From IMG/VR virus record IMGVR_UViG_3300033066_000581, positions 29,272-93,271 of that record: a DNA stretch of 64,000 nt; one strand, written 5' to 3'. The position numbers were made by a program, and so were the translations under genes. The notes below the pieces were generated by a model. That model searched no databases. It worked only from the letters and a program-made list of their open reading frames with translations, and was not told where the DNA came from. The stretch is from a virus (Duplodnaviria > Caudoviricetes). Positions 38,533-48,439 of the stretch are shown here, in pieces (position 1 is the stretch's first letter; every line of letters begins with the position of its first letter).

Positions 38533-39977
38533 GCACCATAAAAATCAAGCAACACAACGCCGTCTATGCCAAGATCATCTGTGAGTCGAGTACCGCCCAG
38601 GAACTATCTGAACACCTGACATTTGTGGTTGATGGCTATAAGTTCATGCCGGCATACAAGAGTGGAAGATGGGATGGGAGAATACGTTTGTTCAACCCGT
38701 TCACCTGTCTAGTGTATGCTGGGCTGGTTGGTGATATCGTCAAGTTCGCCAAGGACAGAGACTATGACGTAGAGCTTGATGATGCATTCGCACATTACGA
38801 ACTATCTGTCAAGGAGTTCTTTGAGTTCATCGAAGGCCTAGGTTTGCCGGCTGAGAAGTCTCCCAGAGATTATCAGGTCAAATCAGTCATCCAATCTCTT
38901 AGAGAAACTCGGGCCATGCTTGTGTCTCCTACGGCTTCTGGTAAATCGTTGATCATCTACATGATCTTCAAGTATCTTGGTCTTAAGACGCTCTTAGTGG
39001 TTCCAACTACCCATCTGGTCAACCAGATGGCCACTGACTTTGAAGAGTATGGCTACACGGATGGGTCACACAGGATCTATTCTGGTAAGGAAAAGGAGAC
39101 CGACTTCCCGATCACCATCTCCACCTGGCAGTCGATCTATAAGATGCCGAAGGCCTGGTTCAACAAATACGATGTGATTATCGTCGATGAGGCGCACTTG
39201 GCTGATGCAAAGTCGTTGACTGGTATCATGGAGAAGTGTGAGAAAATCCGTTGGAGATTCGGCCTAACTGGAACTCTGAAGGGAACCAAGATCAACGAAC
39301 TGGTCCTGAAAGGCCTCTTCGGTAAGGTCGTCCAAGTGACCACAACAGCTGAGCTACAAAAGCGTAAGTTCCTAGCCGAGCTCAAGATCAAGGTGATCAC
39401 TCTTAAGTACGCGGATGAGACAAGACGGATCGTGTCCGGATACAAGTACGAGGATGAACTGGATTTCATCGTCACCAACCGACACCGTAACCGCTTCCTG
39501 AGAAATTTGCTCATTTCTCTCGAGGGAAACACCATTTTGTTGTATCAATTTGTTGAGAAGCATGGTATAATACTATATGACATGGTGAAGGCTGTGGCAG
39601 GAGAACGTCCTGTATTCCTTGTCCATGGTGGTACCAAACCGGACGATCGTGAGAGAATCCGGAAAGAGTTTGATGCTAGCATTAACGGGATCTTGATTGC
39701 CTCGGCGGTCTTCTCTACCGGGGTTAATATCATCAACGTTCATAATGTGGTATTCGCGTCACCATCCAAATCGAGAATTCGCAACCTCCAACAGATTGGT
39801 CGTGTCCTCCGTAAGATGGGCCTAAAGACCTCTGCAACACTGTATGATATTGCTGATGATCTATCATGGAAGAGTAAACGCAACTATACACTGAACCATA
39901 TGATGGAACGACTAAAGATTTACGATGAGCAAGAGTTTGATTACAAGATCTACAATGTAAGGCTTAAAGATGGATGA
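38529..39977 (+). CDS. uvsW: Helicase UvsW
   Basis: SPTASGKS, DEAH, GLTGT, Q.IGR.LR. Confidence 0.96.
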   Translation: MSTIKIKQHNAVYAKIICESSTAQELSEHLTFVVDGYKFMPAYKSGRWDGRIRLFNPFTCLVYAGLVGDIVKFAKDRDYDVELDDAFAHYELSVKEFFEFIEGLGLPAEKSPRDYQVKSVIQSLRETRAMLVSPTASGKSLIIYMIFKYLGLKTLLVVPTTHLVNQMATDFEEYGYTDGSHRIYSGKEKETDFPITISTWQSIYKMPKAWFNKYDVIIVDEAHLADAKSLTGIMEKCEKIRWRFGLTGTLKGTKINELVLKGLFGKVVQVTTTAELQKRKFLAELKIKVITLKYADETRRIVSGYKYEDELDFIVTNRHRNRFLRNLLISLEGNTILLYQFVEKHGIILYDMVKAVAGERPVFLVHGGTKPDDRERIRKEFDASINGILIASAVFSTGVNIINVHNVVFASPSKSRIRNLQQIGRVLRKMGLKTSATLYDIADDLSWKSKRNYTLNHMMERLKIYDEQEFDYKIYNVRLKDG

Positions 39978-40389
39978 ACAGTTGGTGTTGAACGACATAG
40001 GAACTATTGAAGACCAGGAAGATTCTACCAACCATATCATCATAAGGCTTATAACAGGCGATGAGGTTGTTGGTAGGCTTGAGGTTGCTGGTCCACATAC
40101 CGTAGTCTTGTCTGATCCTGTTCTGGTCTATATGGCATCAGACGAGAATAGTACATGGACTTCGTTCGGTAAATTCTCCAATTTCTCACGAGATCAGATG
40201 TTTCCATTCAACAGAAATTTGATCATCTCAGAATATCTACCATCCCCGGCTCTAGTTAAGAGATACGACAAAGCCTGGGAGATTACAAAGGCTGCAAAAG
40301 CAGGCATAGAACTATCGGACGAACAGAAACAGAGTACCTATACAAAGGTGCTTGAAAGTTCGGACGTCGAACAAGGAGTAAAGCACTAA
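39970..40389 (+). CDS. Hypothetical protein (Sm-like fold suspected)
   Basis: IRLITGDEVVG; conserved position before gp55. Confidence 0.7.
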   Translation: MDEQLVLNDIGTIEDQEDSTNHIIIRLITGDEVVGRLEVAGPHTVVLSDPVLVYMASDENSTWTSFGKFSNFSRDQMFPFNRNLIISEYLPSPALVKRYDKAWEITKAAKAGIELSDEQKQSTYTKVLESSDVEQGVKH

Positions 40390-40943
40390 TGGCTGCCGCC
40401 AAGGTCAAGAAGCCGCGTAAAGAGCATTATGTCAACAACAAGAAGATGCTCGAGCATATCGTTGAGTACAAACAGAAATTTGCCGAAAACCCATCAACTA
40501 GGATCCCAAACTATCTTGGTGAATGTATCCTGTTGATCGCAACAAACCTTGCTAGGAAGCCCAACTTTGCCAACTACTCCTACAAGGATGAGATGATCTC
40601 CGATGGCATCGAGAACTGTCTTCTGTATTTCAACAACTTCAATCCGGAAAAGTCCAAGAATCCATTCTCGTATTTCACCCAGATCATCTACTTCGCCTTC
40701 CTTCGAAGGATCGCTAAGGAAAAGAAGCAAACCTACGTGAAACAGAAACTCGTCGACGAGGTGATGATCTATAACCAGATGGGCGATGACGGTGAGGTTA
40801 CCGGTAAGACGAAGAACAACTACGACCCAATCAAGCTGGCTGACCTCTACGAATCCGTGGAGAAAAAGTCCAAAGCTAAACCGAAGAAGGCGTCTAAGAA
40901 GGGCGTCGAGAATTTTGTAGAGGAGGATGCACTCAATGAATAA
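40389..40943 (+). CDS. 55: Late sigma factor gp55
   Basis: HYVNNK, NY.YKDEMI.DG.ENC, NPF.YFTQI.YFAF.RRI. Confidence 0.96.
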   Translation: MAAAKVKKPRKEHYVNNKKMLEHIVEYKQKFAENPSTRIPNYLGECILLIATNLARKPNFANYSYKDEMISDGIENCLLYFNNFNPEKSKNPFSYFTQIIYFAFLRRIAKEKKQTYVKQKLVDEVMIYNQMGDDGEVTGKTKNNYDPIKLADLYESVEKKSKAKPKKASKKGVENFVEEDALNE

Positions 40944-41118
40944 TCTGCAAGTGCCACCTGCCGTAGCCACATACGTCGACGGCATGAACAACAAGACCAA
41001 CCCAAGATACGTCAGGGACAACTTCCGACGTGACGTGGACAACATCATGAAATACTGTCAAGAGGCGCTGTCCAAATATGACAGAGAAGCTAAGTCGGAG
41101 ACAGCATCTAAACGATGA
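40936..41118 (+). CDS. Hypothetical protein
   Basis: Overlaps both neighbours; GGAGG SD. Confidence 0.7.
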   Translation: MNNLQVPPAVATYVDGMNNKTNPRYVRDNFRRDVDNIMKYCQEALSKYDREAKSETASKR

Positions 41119-42179
41119 AATTGGTTTTAATCACGGATACCCACATCGGCGGAAGGGGAGATTCTCAGCACTTCGCCATGTACTTCAAGAAGTTCTATGA
41201 TGAAGTGTTTTTTCCATATCTAGATGAGCATGACATCAAGACAATCATTCATCTTGGGGATATTGTCGATCGCCGAAAGTATATCAACTTCCAGAGTGCC
41301 AAGCGTCTCCGAGAAGATATCATTGAGCCGATAATGAAACGTGGTATAGAAGCCCATTTCATTATCGGCAACCATGATGCGTATTTCAAGGACACCAATG
41401 ATGTAAATTCGATGAATGAGCTTTATTCTGGCCACCCAGGAAACATCAACGTTTATTCTGAGCCAACAGAGATCTCTGTTGATGGATTACCAATCATGAT
41501 CATGCCGTGGATCAATAGATCGAACATGGCTGCAGCCAAGAAGGCTATTGATGAGACAAACGCCGAAGTTCTTATGGGTCACCTAGAGCTTAAGGGTTTC
41601 GAGATGTATCGAGGCGCAGTTAACGATCATGGGCTTGATGCATCCTTGTTTCAAAAGTTCGATCAGGTGTTCTCAGGTCACTTCCATCACAGATCCCAAC
41701 GTGGGAATGTTACGTATCTTGGTGCTCCGTACCAGATCACCTGGTCAGACTTCAATGATGACCGCGGATTCCATATCTACGACACCGAAACTCGAGAGCT
41801 CACTTATGTGAAAAATTCGTTGTACATGTTTCACAAAATATATTACAATGATACTGACTGGGAAGATCCTTCATGGATCTCCGACCTAGATTTGTCCATC
41901 TACAAGGATGCGTATATCAAGGTTGTCGTAATCAACAAGACCAATCCATTCTGGTTTGACCTTTTCATCGAAAGATTGGAGAAGGCCGGGGTTGCCGACT
42001 TCCAGGTCGTGGATGACAACCTGAACATCAACATGGAAGATGACTCTGACATTGTCGACGAGGCCGAGGATACCCTGACCATCCTGTCTAAATATGTAGA
42101 CGGTGTCTCAGGGAATGTCGACAAGAACGATCTCAAGAAACTGATCAGAAATCTCTACGAGGAAGCTCTGGCACTATGA
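41115..42179 (+). CDS. 47: Recombination nuclease gp47 (Mre11-like)
   Basis: DTH, GD, GNHD, GHFH. Confidence 0.96.
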   Translation: MKLVLITDTHIGGRGDSQHFAMYFKKFYDEVFFPYLDEHDIKTIIHLGDIVDRRKYINFQSAKRLREDIIEPIMKRGIEAHFIIGNHDAYFKDTNDVNSMNELYSGHPGNINVYSEPTEISVDGLPIMIMPWINRSNMAAAKKAIDETNAEVLMGHLELKGFEMYRGAVNDHGLDASLFQKFDQVFSGHFHHRSQRGNVTYLGAPYQITWSDFNDDRGFHIYDTETRELTYVKNSLYMFHKIYYNDTDWEDPSWISDLDLSIYKDAYIKVVVINKTNPFWFDLFIERLEKAGVADFQVVDDNLNINMEDDSDIVDEAEDTLTILSKYVDGVSGNVDKNDLKKLIRNLYEEALAL

Positions 42180-43888
42180 TCATTTTTGAATCTTTACGCT
42201 ATAAAAATCTGCTCTCAACCGGCAATGATTTCACTGAGATCATCCTAAACCGGTCGAAATCAACATTGGTCATTGGAACCAACGGTGCTGGTAAGTCTAC
42301 CTTCATCGACGCGTTGACGTATGCGCTGTATGGGAAAGCTTTCCGGAACATCAACAAGCCACAGCTAGTCAACTCGATCACCCAGAAGAACCTGGTCGTT
42401 GAGATCGAATTCAAGATCAACACCAAGCGATATCTTGTCCGCCGTGGGATGAAGCCAAATCTCTTCGAGATCTTCATCAACGGTAACCTTCTTAATCAAA
42501 CTGCCGACGCTAGGGAATACCAGGAATACCTTGAGACCCAGGTGCTGAAGATGAACTTCAAGGCTTTCAGCCAGATTGTCATCCTCGGCAAGGCCAACTA
42601 TGTCCCGTTCATGCAACTTCCGGCCCATCACCGCAGAGAAGTAATCGAAGATCTCCTGGACATCCAGATCTTCTCCAGGATGAACCTCCTTCTGAAGGAG
42701 GACATCTCTAAGAACAAGGAAGACGTGGTCACCAACGACTACGACGTAAAACTTGTCAATCACACCATCGACCTTCATAAGTCTCACCTGGAATCTTTGA
42801 AGAGAAACAACGATGAGGTCATTGCCCAGAAGCGGTTGAAAATCGCCGAGCTTGGAGACGAGATTTCTGAAGCCGAAGCAGCCATCGACTTACTTGAGTC
42901 CAAAAAACAGGATATTGTTAGAGGGATCAGGGATGAGCAGAAGGTAAATTCTAAGTATGAAAATCTTTCTCATTACAAGCTGAAGTTCGAATCCAAGGTT
43001 GAGGCCATCGACAAGGACATCACCTTCTTCGAGAATAACGACAACTGCCCAACATGTAAGCAAGCCATCGACGAGCTATTCAAACAGACAGCCATCGGTG
43101 AACGTTATAACAAGATGATCGAGTATAACGACGCTCTCAAGAAGGTAGACGAAGAACTTCCAAAGTTGGAGAAGCGGCTAGCTGAGATCAGGGCCGCGAA
43201 GGTGTCCTTCGATAAAGCCAACATCGATATTTCTATCCAGAAGTCAAAGCTGGTTAACCTGGCTTCGACCATACGGTCTGTCCAATCAGAGATCGACGAT
43301 CTATCCACGGAGGAACACTTGGAGACAAACCAAGATACGATCCAGGAGCAATACGTTGAGCTTAACAGGTTGTCCAAAGAGCGTGAGAAGCTTCTGGTGT
43401 ACAGAAATACACTAGAGGTTGCTGCCCAACTTCTGAAGGACTCAGGTATCAAGACAAAGATCATCAGACAGTATATTCCGATCATCAACAAGCTGATCAA
43501 CAAATATCTGGCCCAGATGGAATTCTTCGTCAACATTGAACTCAACGAGAAGTTCGAGGAAACCATCAAATCTCGCCACCGTGATGAATTCACCTACTCC
43601 TCATTCTCTGAGGGTGAGAAGTTGCGGATCGATGTGGCTCTGATGTTTGCCTGGAGGGCGATCGCCAAGCTTAAGAACTCGGCGGCGACGAACCTCTTGA
43701 TCTTGGATGAGATCTTCGAGAGCTCTTTGGATGCCAACGGAACAGACGAATTCCTACGTATCCTGGATGAGCTCACCGTTGACACCAACGTCTTTGTTAT
43801 CTCCCACCATGGGGATACGTTGTTCGACAAATTTCACAGCGTTGTGAAATTCGATAAGGTAAAATCATTTAGCAGGATGGTAGTATGA
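42176..43888 (+). CDS. 46: Recombination ATPase gp46 (Rad50-like)
   Basis: GTNGAGKST, CPTC hook, FSEGEK, LDE. Confidence 0.97.
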   Translation: MIIFESLRYKNLLSTGNDFTEIILNRSKSTLVIGTNGAGKSTFIDALTYALYGKAFRNINKPQLVNSITQKNLVVEIEFKINTKRYLVRRGMKPNLFEIFINGNLLNQTADAREYQEYLETQVLKMNFKAFSQIVILGKANYVPFMQLPAHHRREVIEDLLDIQIFSRMNLLLKEDISKNKEDVVTNDYDVKLVNHTIDLHKSHLESLKRNNDEVIAQKRLKIAELGDEISEAEAAIDLLESKKQDIVRGIRDEQKVNSKYENLSHYKLKFESKVEAIDKDITFFENNDNCPTCKQAIDELFKQTAIGERYNKMIEYNDALKKVDEELPKLEKRLAEIRAAKVSFDKANIDISIQKSKLVNLASTIRSVQSEIDDLSTEEHLETNQDTIQEQYVELNRLSKEREKLLVYRNTLEVAAQLLKDSGIKTKIIRQYIPIINKLINKYLAQMEFFVNIELNEKFEETIKSRHRDEFTYSSFSEGEKLRIDVALMFAWRAIAKLKNSAATNLLILDEIFESSLDANGTDEFLRILDELTVDTNVFVISHHGDTLFDKFHSVVKFDKVKSFSRMVV

Positions 43889-44241
43889 CCGAAGGATATA
43901 AGACGATCGTGGCCGGGTCTAGAGGGATCCTGAGCTATATGGAAGTGGTGAAAGCAATCGAAGATGCCCCGTGGGAGATCTCTGAGGTAGTCTGTGGTGG
44001 AGCTGTAGGCCCAGACAGTCTCGGCGAGCGTTGGGCTAGAGTGAATAACATCCCGATCAAGATGATGAAGGCTGATTGGAATAAGCATGGATCTGCTGCT
44101 GGACCTATAAGAAATGCTGAGATGGCTAAATATGCCGACAGGGCCATAGTCGTCTGGGACGGTGAATCTCCTGGCTCGAAAAATATGATCAAGGAGATGA
44201 ACCGGTTGGATAAGAAAACACACGTGAGGGTAGTAATATGA
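43885..44241 (+). CDS. SLOG/YspA-like (DUF2493) protein
   Basis: AGSR, GGA.G.D, AGPIRN..MA, WDG.S.G. Confidence 0.85.
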   Translation: MTEGYKTIVAGSRGILSYMEVVKAIEDAPWEISEVVCGGAVGPDSLGERWARVNNIPIKMMKADWNKHGSAAGPIRNAEMAKYADRAIVVWDGESPGSKNMIKEMNRLDKKTHVRVVI

Positions 44242-44447
44242 AGATTATCGATAAGCTAAGGACCTTATTTGCATGGAAGCTTGATCATGAAACATTTACA
44301 TGGAGATGTGAAGAAAATATGATCACCGGTAAACGTAGAGCCTTCTGTAAAATATCTGGCGGGTATACTCCAATCCCCAATTGGTTATTTGAAGGGCCGC
44401 CCGGATCTTATAGCGTTGGCCCATATGGAAAGCAAGTAGTGGCATGA
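44238..44447 (+). CDS. Hypothetical protein
   Basis: ATGA coupling at both ends. Confidence 0.65.
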   Translation: MKIIDKLRTLFAWKLDHETFTWRCEENMITGKRRAFCKISGGYTPIPNWLFEGPPGSYSVGPYGKQVVA

Positions 44448-44935
44448 GCATCCTAGAATTAGTTCCATCGACGGATCCGATCCTCTCAGAGATCATGCCA
44501 AAGTTCGATTTCGATAAGCCTCCGATTAATCCAGAGCAGTTGGCCGTAGACCTGGCTGAAACAATGATCGCCAACAAAGGCCTTGGGCTCTCCGCCAACC
44601 AGGTTGGATTGAGACACAGAGCTCTTGTGATCACGGGATCCCCGATCATTGCAATTTTCAACCCTCGCATCGTTGACGTGACCCCCGAGGAGATAAATAT
44701 GGAAGAGGGCTGTTTATCATTTCCTGATCTCTTCTTCAAGGTCAAACGTCCAGCGGCCATTAAGATCAGATATCAACGCCCGAACGGCGAAACGGTAACA
44801 GAACAGTATCAAGGGCTAACAGCCAGAATCATTCAACATGAAGTAGACCACCTAGATGGTATAGTATATACCTCACGAGGTAATAGAATTCATGTGGATG
44901 CTGCCAAGAAAAAGATGAGAAAGAAACTCCTATGA
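44444..44935 (+). CDS. def: Peptide deformylase
   Basis: GLGLSANQ, EGCLS, QHEVDH. Confidence 0.95.
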   Translation: MSILELVPSTDPILSEIMPKFDFDKPPINPEQLAVDLAETMIANKGLGLSANQVGLRHRALVITGSPIIAIFNPRIVDVTPEEINMEEGCLSFPDLFFKVKRPAAIKIRYQRPNGETVTEQYQGLTARIIQHEVDHLDGIVYTSRGNRIHVDAAKKKMRKKLL

Positions 44936-45405
44936 GATATTTTCTAGACACAGAGTTCAATGGCTTCGGTGGTGAGCTGATCAGTCTTGCCCTTGTCCGT
45001 GAGGATCTGGAGTCACTTTACATTGTATATGATAAGCCCCTGGCTCCCATCGAACCCTGGGTTGCTGAAAACGTCATTCCTATTCTTTATGCATCAATTT
45101 GCCCAACTTATCAAGGTAAACCGGTTTACATATATGATGGTATTAGCCAAGCCACTGGAGCTAGTATTATTGCAGCCTTTTTGTCTGCAGATGAAAACCC
45201 AGTCATTATCACCGATTGGCCAGATGATGTAAAATATATGTGTGAAGCAATAATCACCGGCCCAGGTGTAATGGCTGCTATCAACCAATTGTCTTTCAAG
45301 ATCGTCAGGTGCGACGCTTACCCAACTGAAGTTGCTGATGCAGTTCAGCACAACGCTTGGTGGGATGCTGTCGCTCTTCGTCAACTACTTCTTCCAACCA
45401 AATAA
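44932..45405 (+). CDS. DEDDh 3'-5' exo(ribo)nuclease
   Basis: FLDTEF...HNA..DA. Confidence 0.8.
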   Translation: MRYFLDTEFNGFGGELISLALVREDLESLYIVYDKPLAPIEPWVAENVIPILYASICPTYQGKPVYIYDGISQATGASIIAAFLSADENPVIITDWPDDVKYMCEAIITGPGVMAAINQLSFKIVRCDAYPTEVADAVQHNAWWDAVALRQLLLPTK

Positions 45406-45420
45406 GGACCATTGTATATC

Positions 45421-45882
45421 ATGAATTTTATCGATGAACGAAATTTTGACGTCAACATCCAATACCAGGGTGAAGAATTATCGTGGCTTGGGGATATCAA
45501 CTTCATGCATGAGAAGTTCGGCATTAACGAAGTGGTTAAGAAGTTCTCTCCAGAACTCTTGAAGGAATTTCTCTTGTTCCGGATCCGTTTCCTAGAGGAA
45601 GAGCTCCAAGAGATGAAGGATGCAGAGTCGGCCGAAGACGTTGTAGACGCTCTTATCGACCTTGTGGTTGTGGCCATCGGAACGCTGGACTCATTCCAAG
45701 TGGATGGCCAAGTAGCCTGGGACGCAGTCTTGGAAGCCAACCTGTCTAAGAATGCAGGGTCAAACCCAACTAGACCTAACGCCTTCGGTCTTCCCGACTT
45801 GATCAAGCCAGAAGGATGGCAAGGCCCATCACACAAAGGTAACCATGGGCTCTTGGCGAAAGTCAAATACCCGCTAAAATAA
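45421..45882 (+). CDS. MazG-like/PRA-PH nucleoside triphosphate pyrophosphohydrolase
   Basis: EEELQE...DALID, ANLSK, LIKPEGW. Confidence 0.85.
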   Translation: MNFIDERNFDVNIQYQGEELSWLGDINFMHEKFGINEVVKKFSPELLKEFLLFRIRFLEEELQEMKDAESAEDVVDALIDLVVVAIGTLDSFQVDGQVAWDAVLEANLSKNAGSNPTRPNAFGLPDLIKPEGWQGPSHKGNHGLLAKVKYPLK

Positions 45883-45884
45883 GG

Positions 45885-45914
45885 GTGTACATTTTACTTC
45901 GGTTGTGATATGAT
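45885..45914 (+). promoter_or_regulatory. Early promoter GTGTAC-N18-TATGAT heading the modification cluster
   Basis: Repeated motif. Confidence 0.8.
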
Positions 45915-45919
45915 GAATT

Positions 45920-46561
45920 ATGAACCGTAATGAACTGAAGGCGCTTCTGCGTCGTACTATCAGCATTCCAAGTGATGACCAAGAAATCTTGGCCAGGACT
46001 AAGATGCTGGCTGAAGGCATCAGGTCTCACCATGGGGTTAACAGGAATGGTAGAGCCAGGTCTGATGAGCAATTCGAGCGTGATTGTCTACTAGGTGTTG
46101 TCCGTGAGATGGCTGTCGCTAAGATCGTTGGTGGTAAACTCAACGACCAAGAATGGAACGTCAATGACCGTTCTTCATTCGCCTGGGATGTTGAAGTTGA
46201 TAACCTGAAGTTGGAGATTAAACCACACTCAGGTGCTGATTACTTCAACCTGTCAGAAGGCATTGCTCGCATCCTATATAACAATAGTTCCTATTTCAAC
46301 TATGTGGTCGCAGTATATGTGGCCGAAAGGTCTGATTGTTTCAAGATCAAACCAATGATGATCATCAGCCCCGATGAATTAACCTTCGGTACCAATAAAT
46401 CGCAGTTCAATAACTGGCAGATCTACTTCGACCACAGACGATATCCACACACACAAATATGGAGTGACAATGAGCCAAACAAGAGAATCAGTGAGAGTCC
46501 TGGAGGAGTGTATCGCACTTCAAAACAAAAAATCTCTGGACTACCAGAACCCCAATTCTAA
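45920..46561 (+). CDS. Hypothetical protein, PD-(D/E)xK nuclease suspected
   Basis: E.AVA...WDV...LEIK; leaderless early promoter. Confidence 0.55.
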   Translation: MNRNELKALLRRTISIPSDDQEILARTKMLAEGIRSHHGVNRNGRARSDEQFERDCLLGVVREMAVAKIVGGKLNDQEWNVNDRSSFAWDVEVDNLKLEIKPHSGADYFNLSEGIARILYNNSSYFNYVVAVYVAERSDCFKIKPMMIISPDELTFGTNKSQFNNWQIYFDHRRYPHTQIWSDNEPNKRISESPGGVYRTSKQKISGLPEPQF

Positions 46562-47012
46562 CGTAACCCAGGCGATGCACTATCGCCGCGGAATTGATTC
46601 TATTTTCGACACGATGTGGGGTAAGATGCTACGCATCCAATCGATCCTAGAGTCAGGCAGTAATCCCAATTTTGAGTCGGTTGAAGATTCCTTCAAGGAT
46701 CTGATCAACTATGCCTCATTCGCCGTCTCATATTCTAGAGGAGCCATGGAAGGCCAGAGTCCAGATCGTGACATCTTCAACCGGCCAAAACCGGTTAAGG
46801 TGGATTTTCAAGACCCCAGTCTTGAAGTGAAATCACCTGGGATTGAAGATACTATCACCAAATATCGTGGCAAGTCGATGCCTGATATTCTAGGTGCAAT
46901 ACCAGAATACGTTCCGATCTGGTGCGCCGTCTCGAGCGAACATGTCAACTTTACGACAACGTTCAATGAACGGTATATCGGCAACCAAGCTACGGGGAAT
47001 GTCTACGGATGA
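46470..47012 (+). CDS. Nucleotide-modification-associated domain protein (DUF1599-like)
   Basis: KK..DY...K..R...ES.EDS..DL.NYA. Confidence 0.8.
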   Translation: MSQTRESVRVLEECIALQNKKSLDYQNPNSNVTQAMHYRRGIDSIFDTMWGKMLRIQSILESGSNPNFESVEDSFKDLINYASFAVSYSRGAMEGQSPDRDIFNRPKPVKVDFQDPSLEVKSPGIEDTITKYRGKSMPDILGAIPEYVPIWCAVSSEHVNFTTTFNERYIGNQATGNVYG

Positions 47013-47758
47013 TTGGTAGCCAGTATGTGTATATTGACACTATTCGTGCAGAATTTGCTGAGCTTCTTAACGAAGGGATCTTTGTAGAAGACAAGACGGG
47101 GGTCAAGCTTCTCGAGATCCCTGCAGCATCCTTTGTGGCATCTGAAGGAACCATCTTTGGTTCTCCCAACGAAGATTATATCCAACGCGAGTTGTCTTGG
47201 TATAGGACTCAGTCACTCAACGTGAATGACATTCCAGGAGGCCCCCCGCAAATTTGGAAAGATGTGGCTGACCCGATGGGCAAGATCAATTCCAACTATG
47301 GCTGGGCCATTTGGTCACCGGACAACGGTGGTCAATATTTCAAGGTCTTGAAAGAGCTTCGTGATAACCCGCTTTCACGTAGAGCCATCATGATTTATAC
47401 CAGGCCTTCGATGTGGTATGATTACAACCTTAATGGCCGGTCGGACTTCATGTGCACCAACACAGTCCAATATCTCATTAGAAATGGAGCTCTCTCGGCG
47501 ATCGTTCAGATGCGGTCTAACGATGTGTTCTCCGGGTATCGGAATGATTATGCCTGGCAAAAGTTCGTCTTAGATGAACTAGCGGCAGCTTTGGACATTC
47601 CTGCTGGTGATATTATCTGGCAGGTTGGGTCTCTTCACATCTATGAACCGCAATTCTATCTGGTTCATCACTATCGTATAACGAGAGAGATCACCATCAC
47701 CAAGAAGAAATACGCCAAAACATATCCTATCTCAGAATGGAAACCAAAAGATGTCTGA
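47009..47758 (+). CDS. 42: dCMP hydroxymethylase (T4 gp42-like)
   Basis: DKTGVK, INSNYGWAIWS, IMIYTRPSM, SDFMCTNTVQY, MRSND...RND (Asp indicates dCMP specificity); close match to T4 gp42 as recalled. Confidence 0.93.
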   Translation: MIGSQYVYIDTIRAEFAELLNEGIFVEDKTGVKLLEIPAASFVASEGTIFGSPNEDYIQRELSWYRTQSLNVNDIPGGPPQIWKDVADPMGKINSNYGWAIWSPDNGGQYFKVLKELRDNPLSRRAIMIYTRPSMWYDYNLNGRSDFMCTNTVQYLIRNGALSAIVQMRSNDVFSGYRNDYAWQKFVLDELAAALDIPAGDIIWQVGSLHIYEPQFYLVHHYRITREITITKKKYAKTYPISEWKPKDV

Positions 47759-47975
47759 AGTTCATGTACTACGGATAACAGTGAAACAGGATGGTAACGG
47801 TTATCCAATCCAACCGGTTACTACTATCGCTGGAATTTACGATGATGAAACCAAACTGGAAAAAGATTTAGCAGGTATAGTTAAGAACCCGTACTTTGGT
47901 TCAGGCTCGCATGCTGTAACAACCTACAAGCTCAATGAGGATTACAGTGGGTATTCTAAGTACTGGAAAGACTAA
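47751..47975 (+). CDS. Hypothetical protein
   Basis: Overlapping ORF within the operon. Confidence 0.65.
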   Translation: MSEVHVLRITVKQDGNGYPIQPVTTIAGIYDDETKLEKDLAGIVKNPYFGSGSHAVTTYKLNEDYSGYSKYWKD

Positions 47976-47977
47976 AA

Positions 47978-48439
47978 ATGCATAGTATTCTGGAAGAAGA
48001 TAAGTGGACCAGGCGCTACGTAGCCTTGGCCAAACATATATCTGATTGGTCTAAGGATCCTTCAACCAAATGTGGTGCTGTGGTTATCGGTGACCATGGA
48101 CAGGTTCTGTCGACGGGTTTCAACGGGTTTCCTCGAGGTATCGCAGATGATAGTCGGCTGCATGACCGTGAAACCAAGTATAAGCACATCATCCATGCTG
48201 AGATGAACGCCATCTATAATGCATCCTTGACATCAGTATCCTTGAACGGTTCGACTCTATACGTTTATGGTCTTCCGGTGTGTGCTCATTGTGCCCTGGG
48301 GATTATTCAATCAGGCATCAAGACTGTGGCGGTTGCTTACCCGCGAAATATTCCAGACAAATGGAAAGAATCCGGTGAATTAACAGAAGCCCTATTCTCA
48401 GAAGCAGGAGTGCGATATTTCCAGTTCTTTGCTGATTGA
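47978..48439 (+). CDS. cd: dCMP deaminase
   Basis: SKDP, GFNGFP, HAEMNA, VCAHC. Confidence 0.92.
   Translation: MHSILEEDKWTRRYVALAKHISDWSKDPSTKCGAVVIGDHGQVLSTGFNGFPRGIADDSRLHDRETKYKHIIHAEMNAIYNASLTSVSLNGSTLYVYGLPVCAHCALGIIQSGIKTVAVAYPRNIPDKWKESGELTEALFSEAGVRYFQFFAD

Noticed and set aside
47009-47758. Ordinary thymidylate synthase or dUMP hydroxymethylase
   Set aside because: Has the Asp specificity residue and matches T4 gp42 motifs throughout
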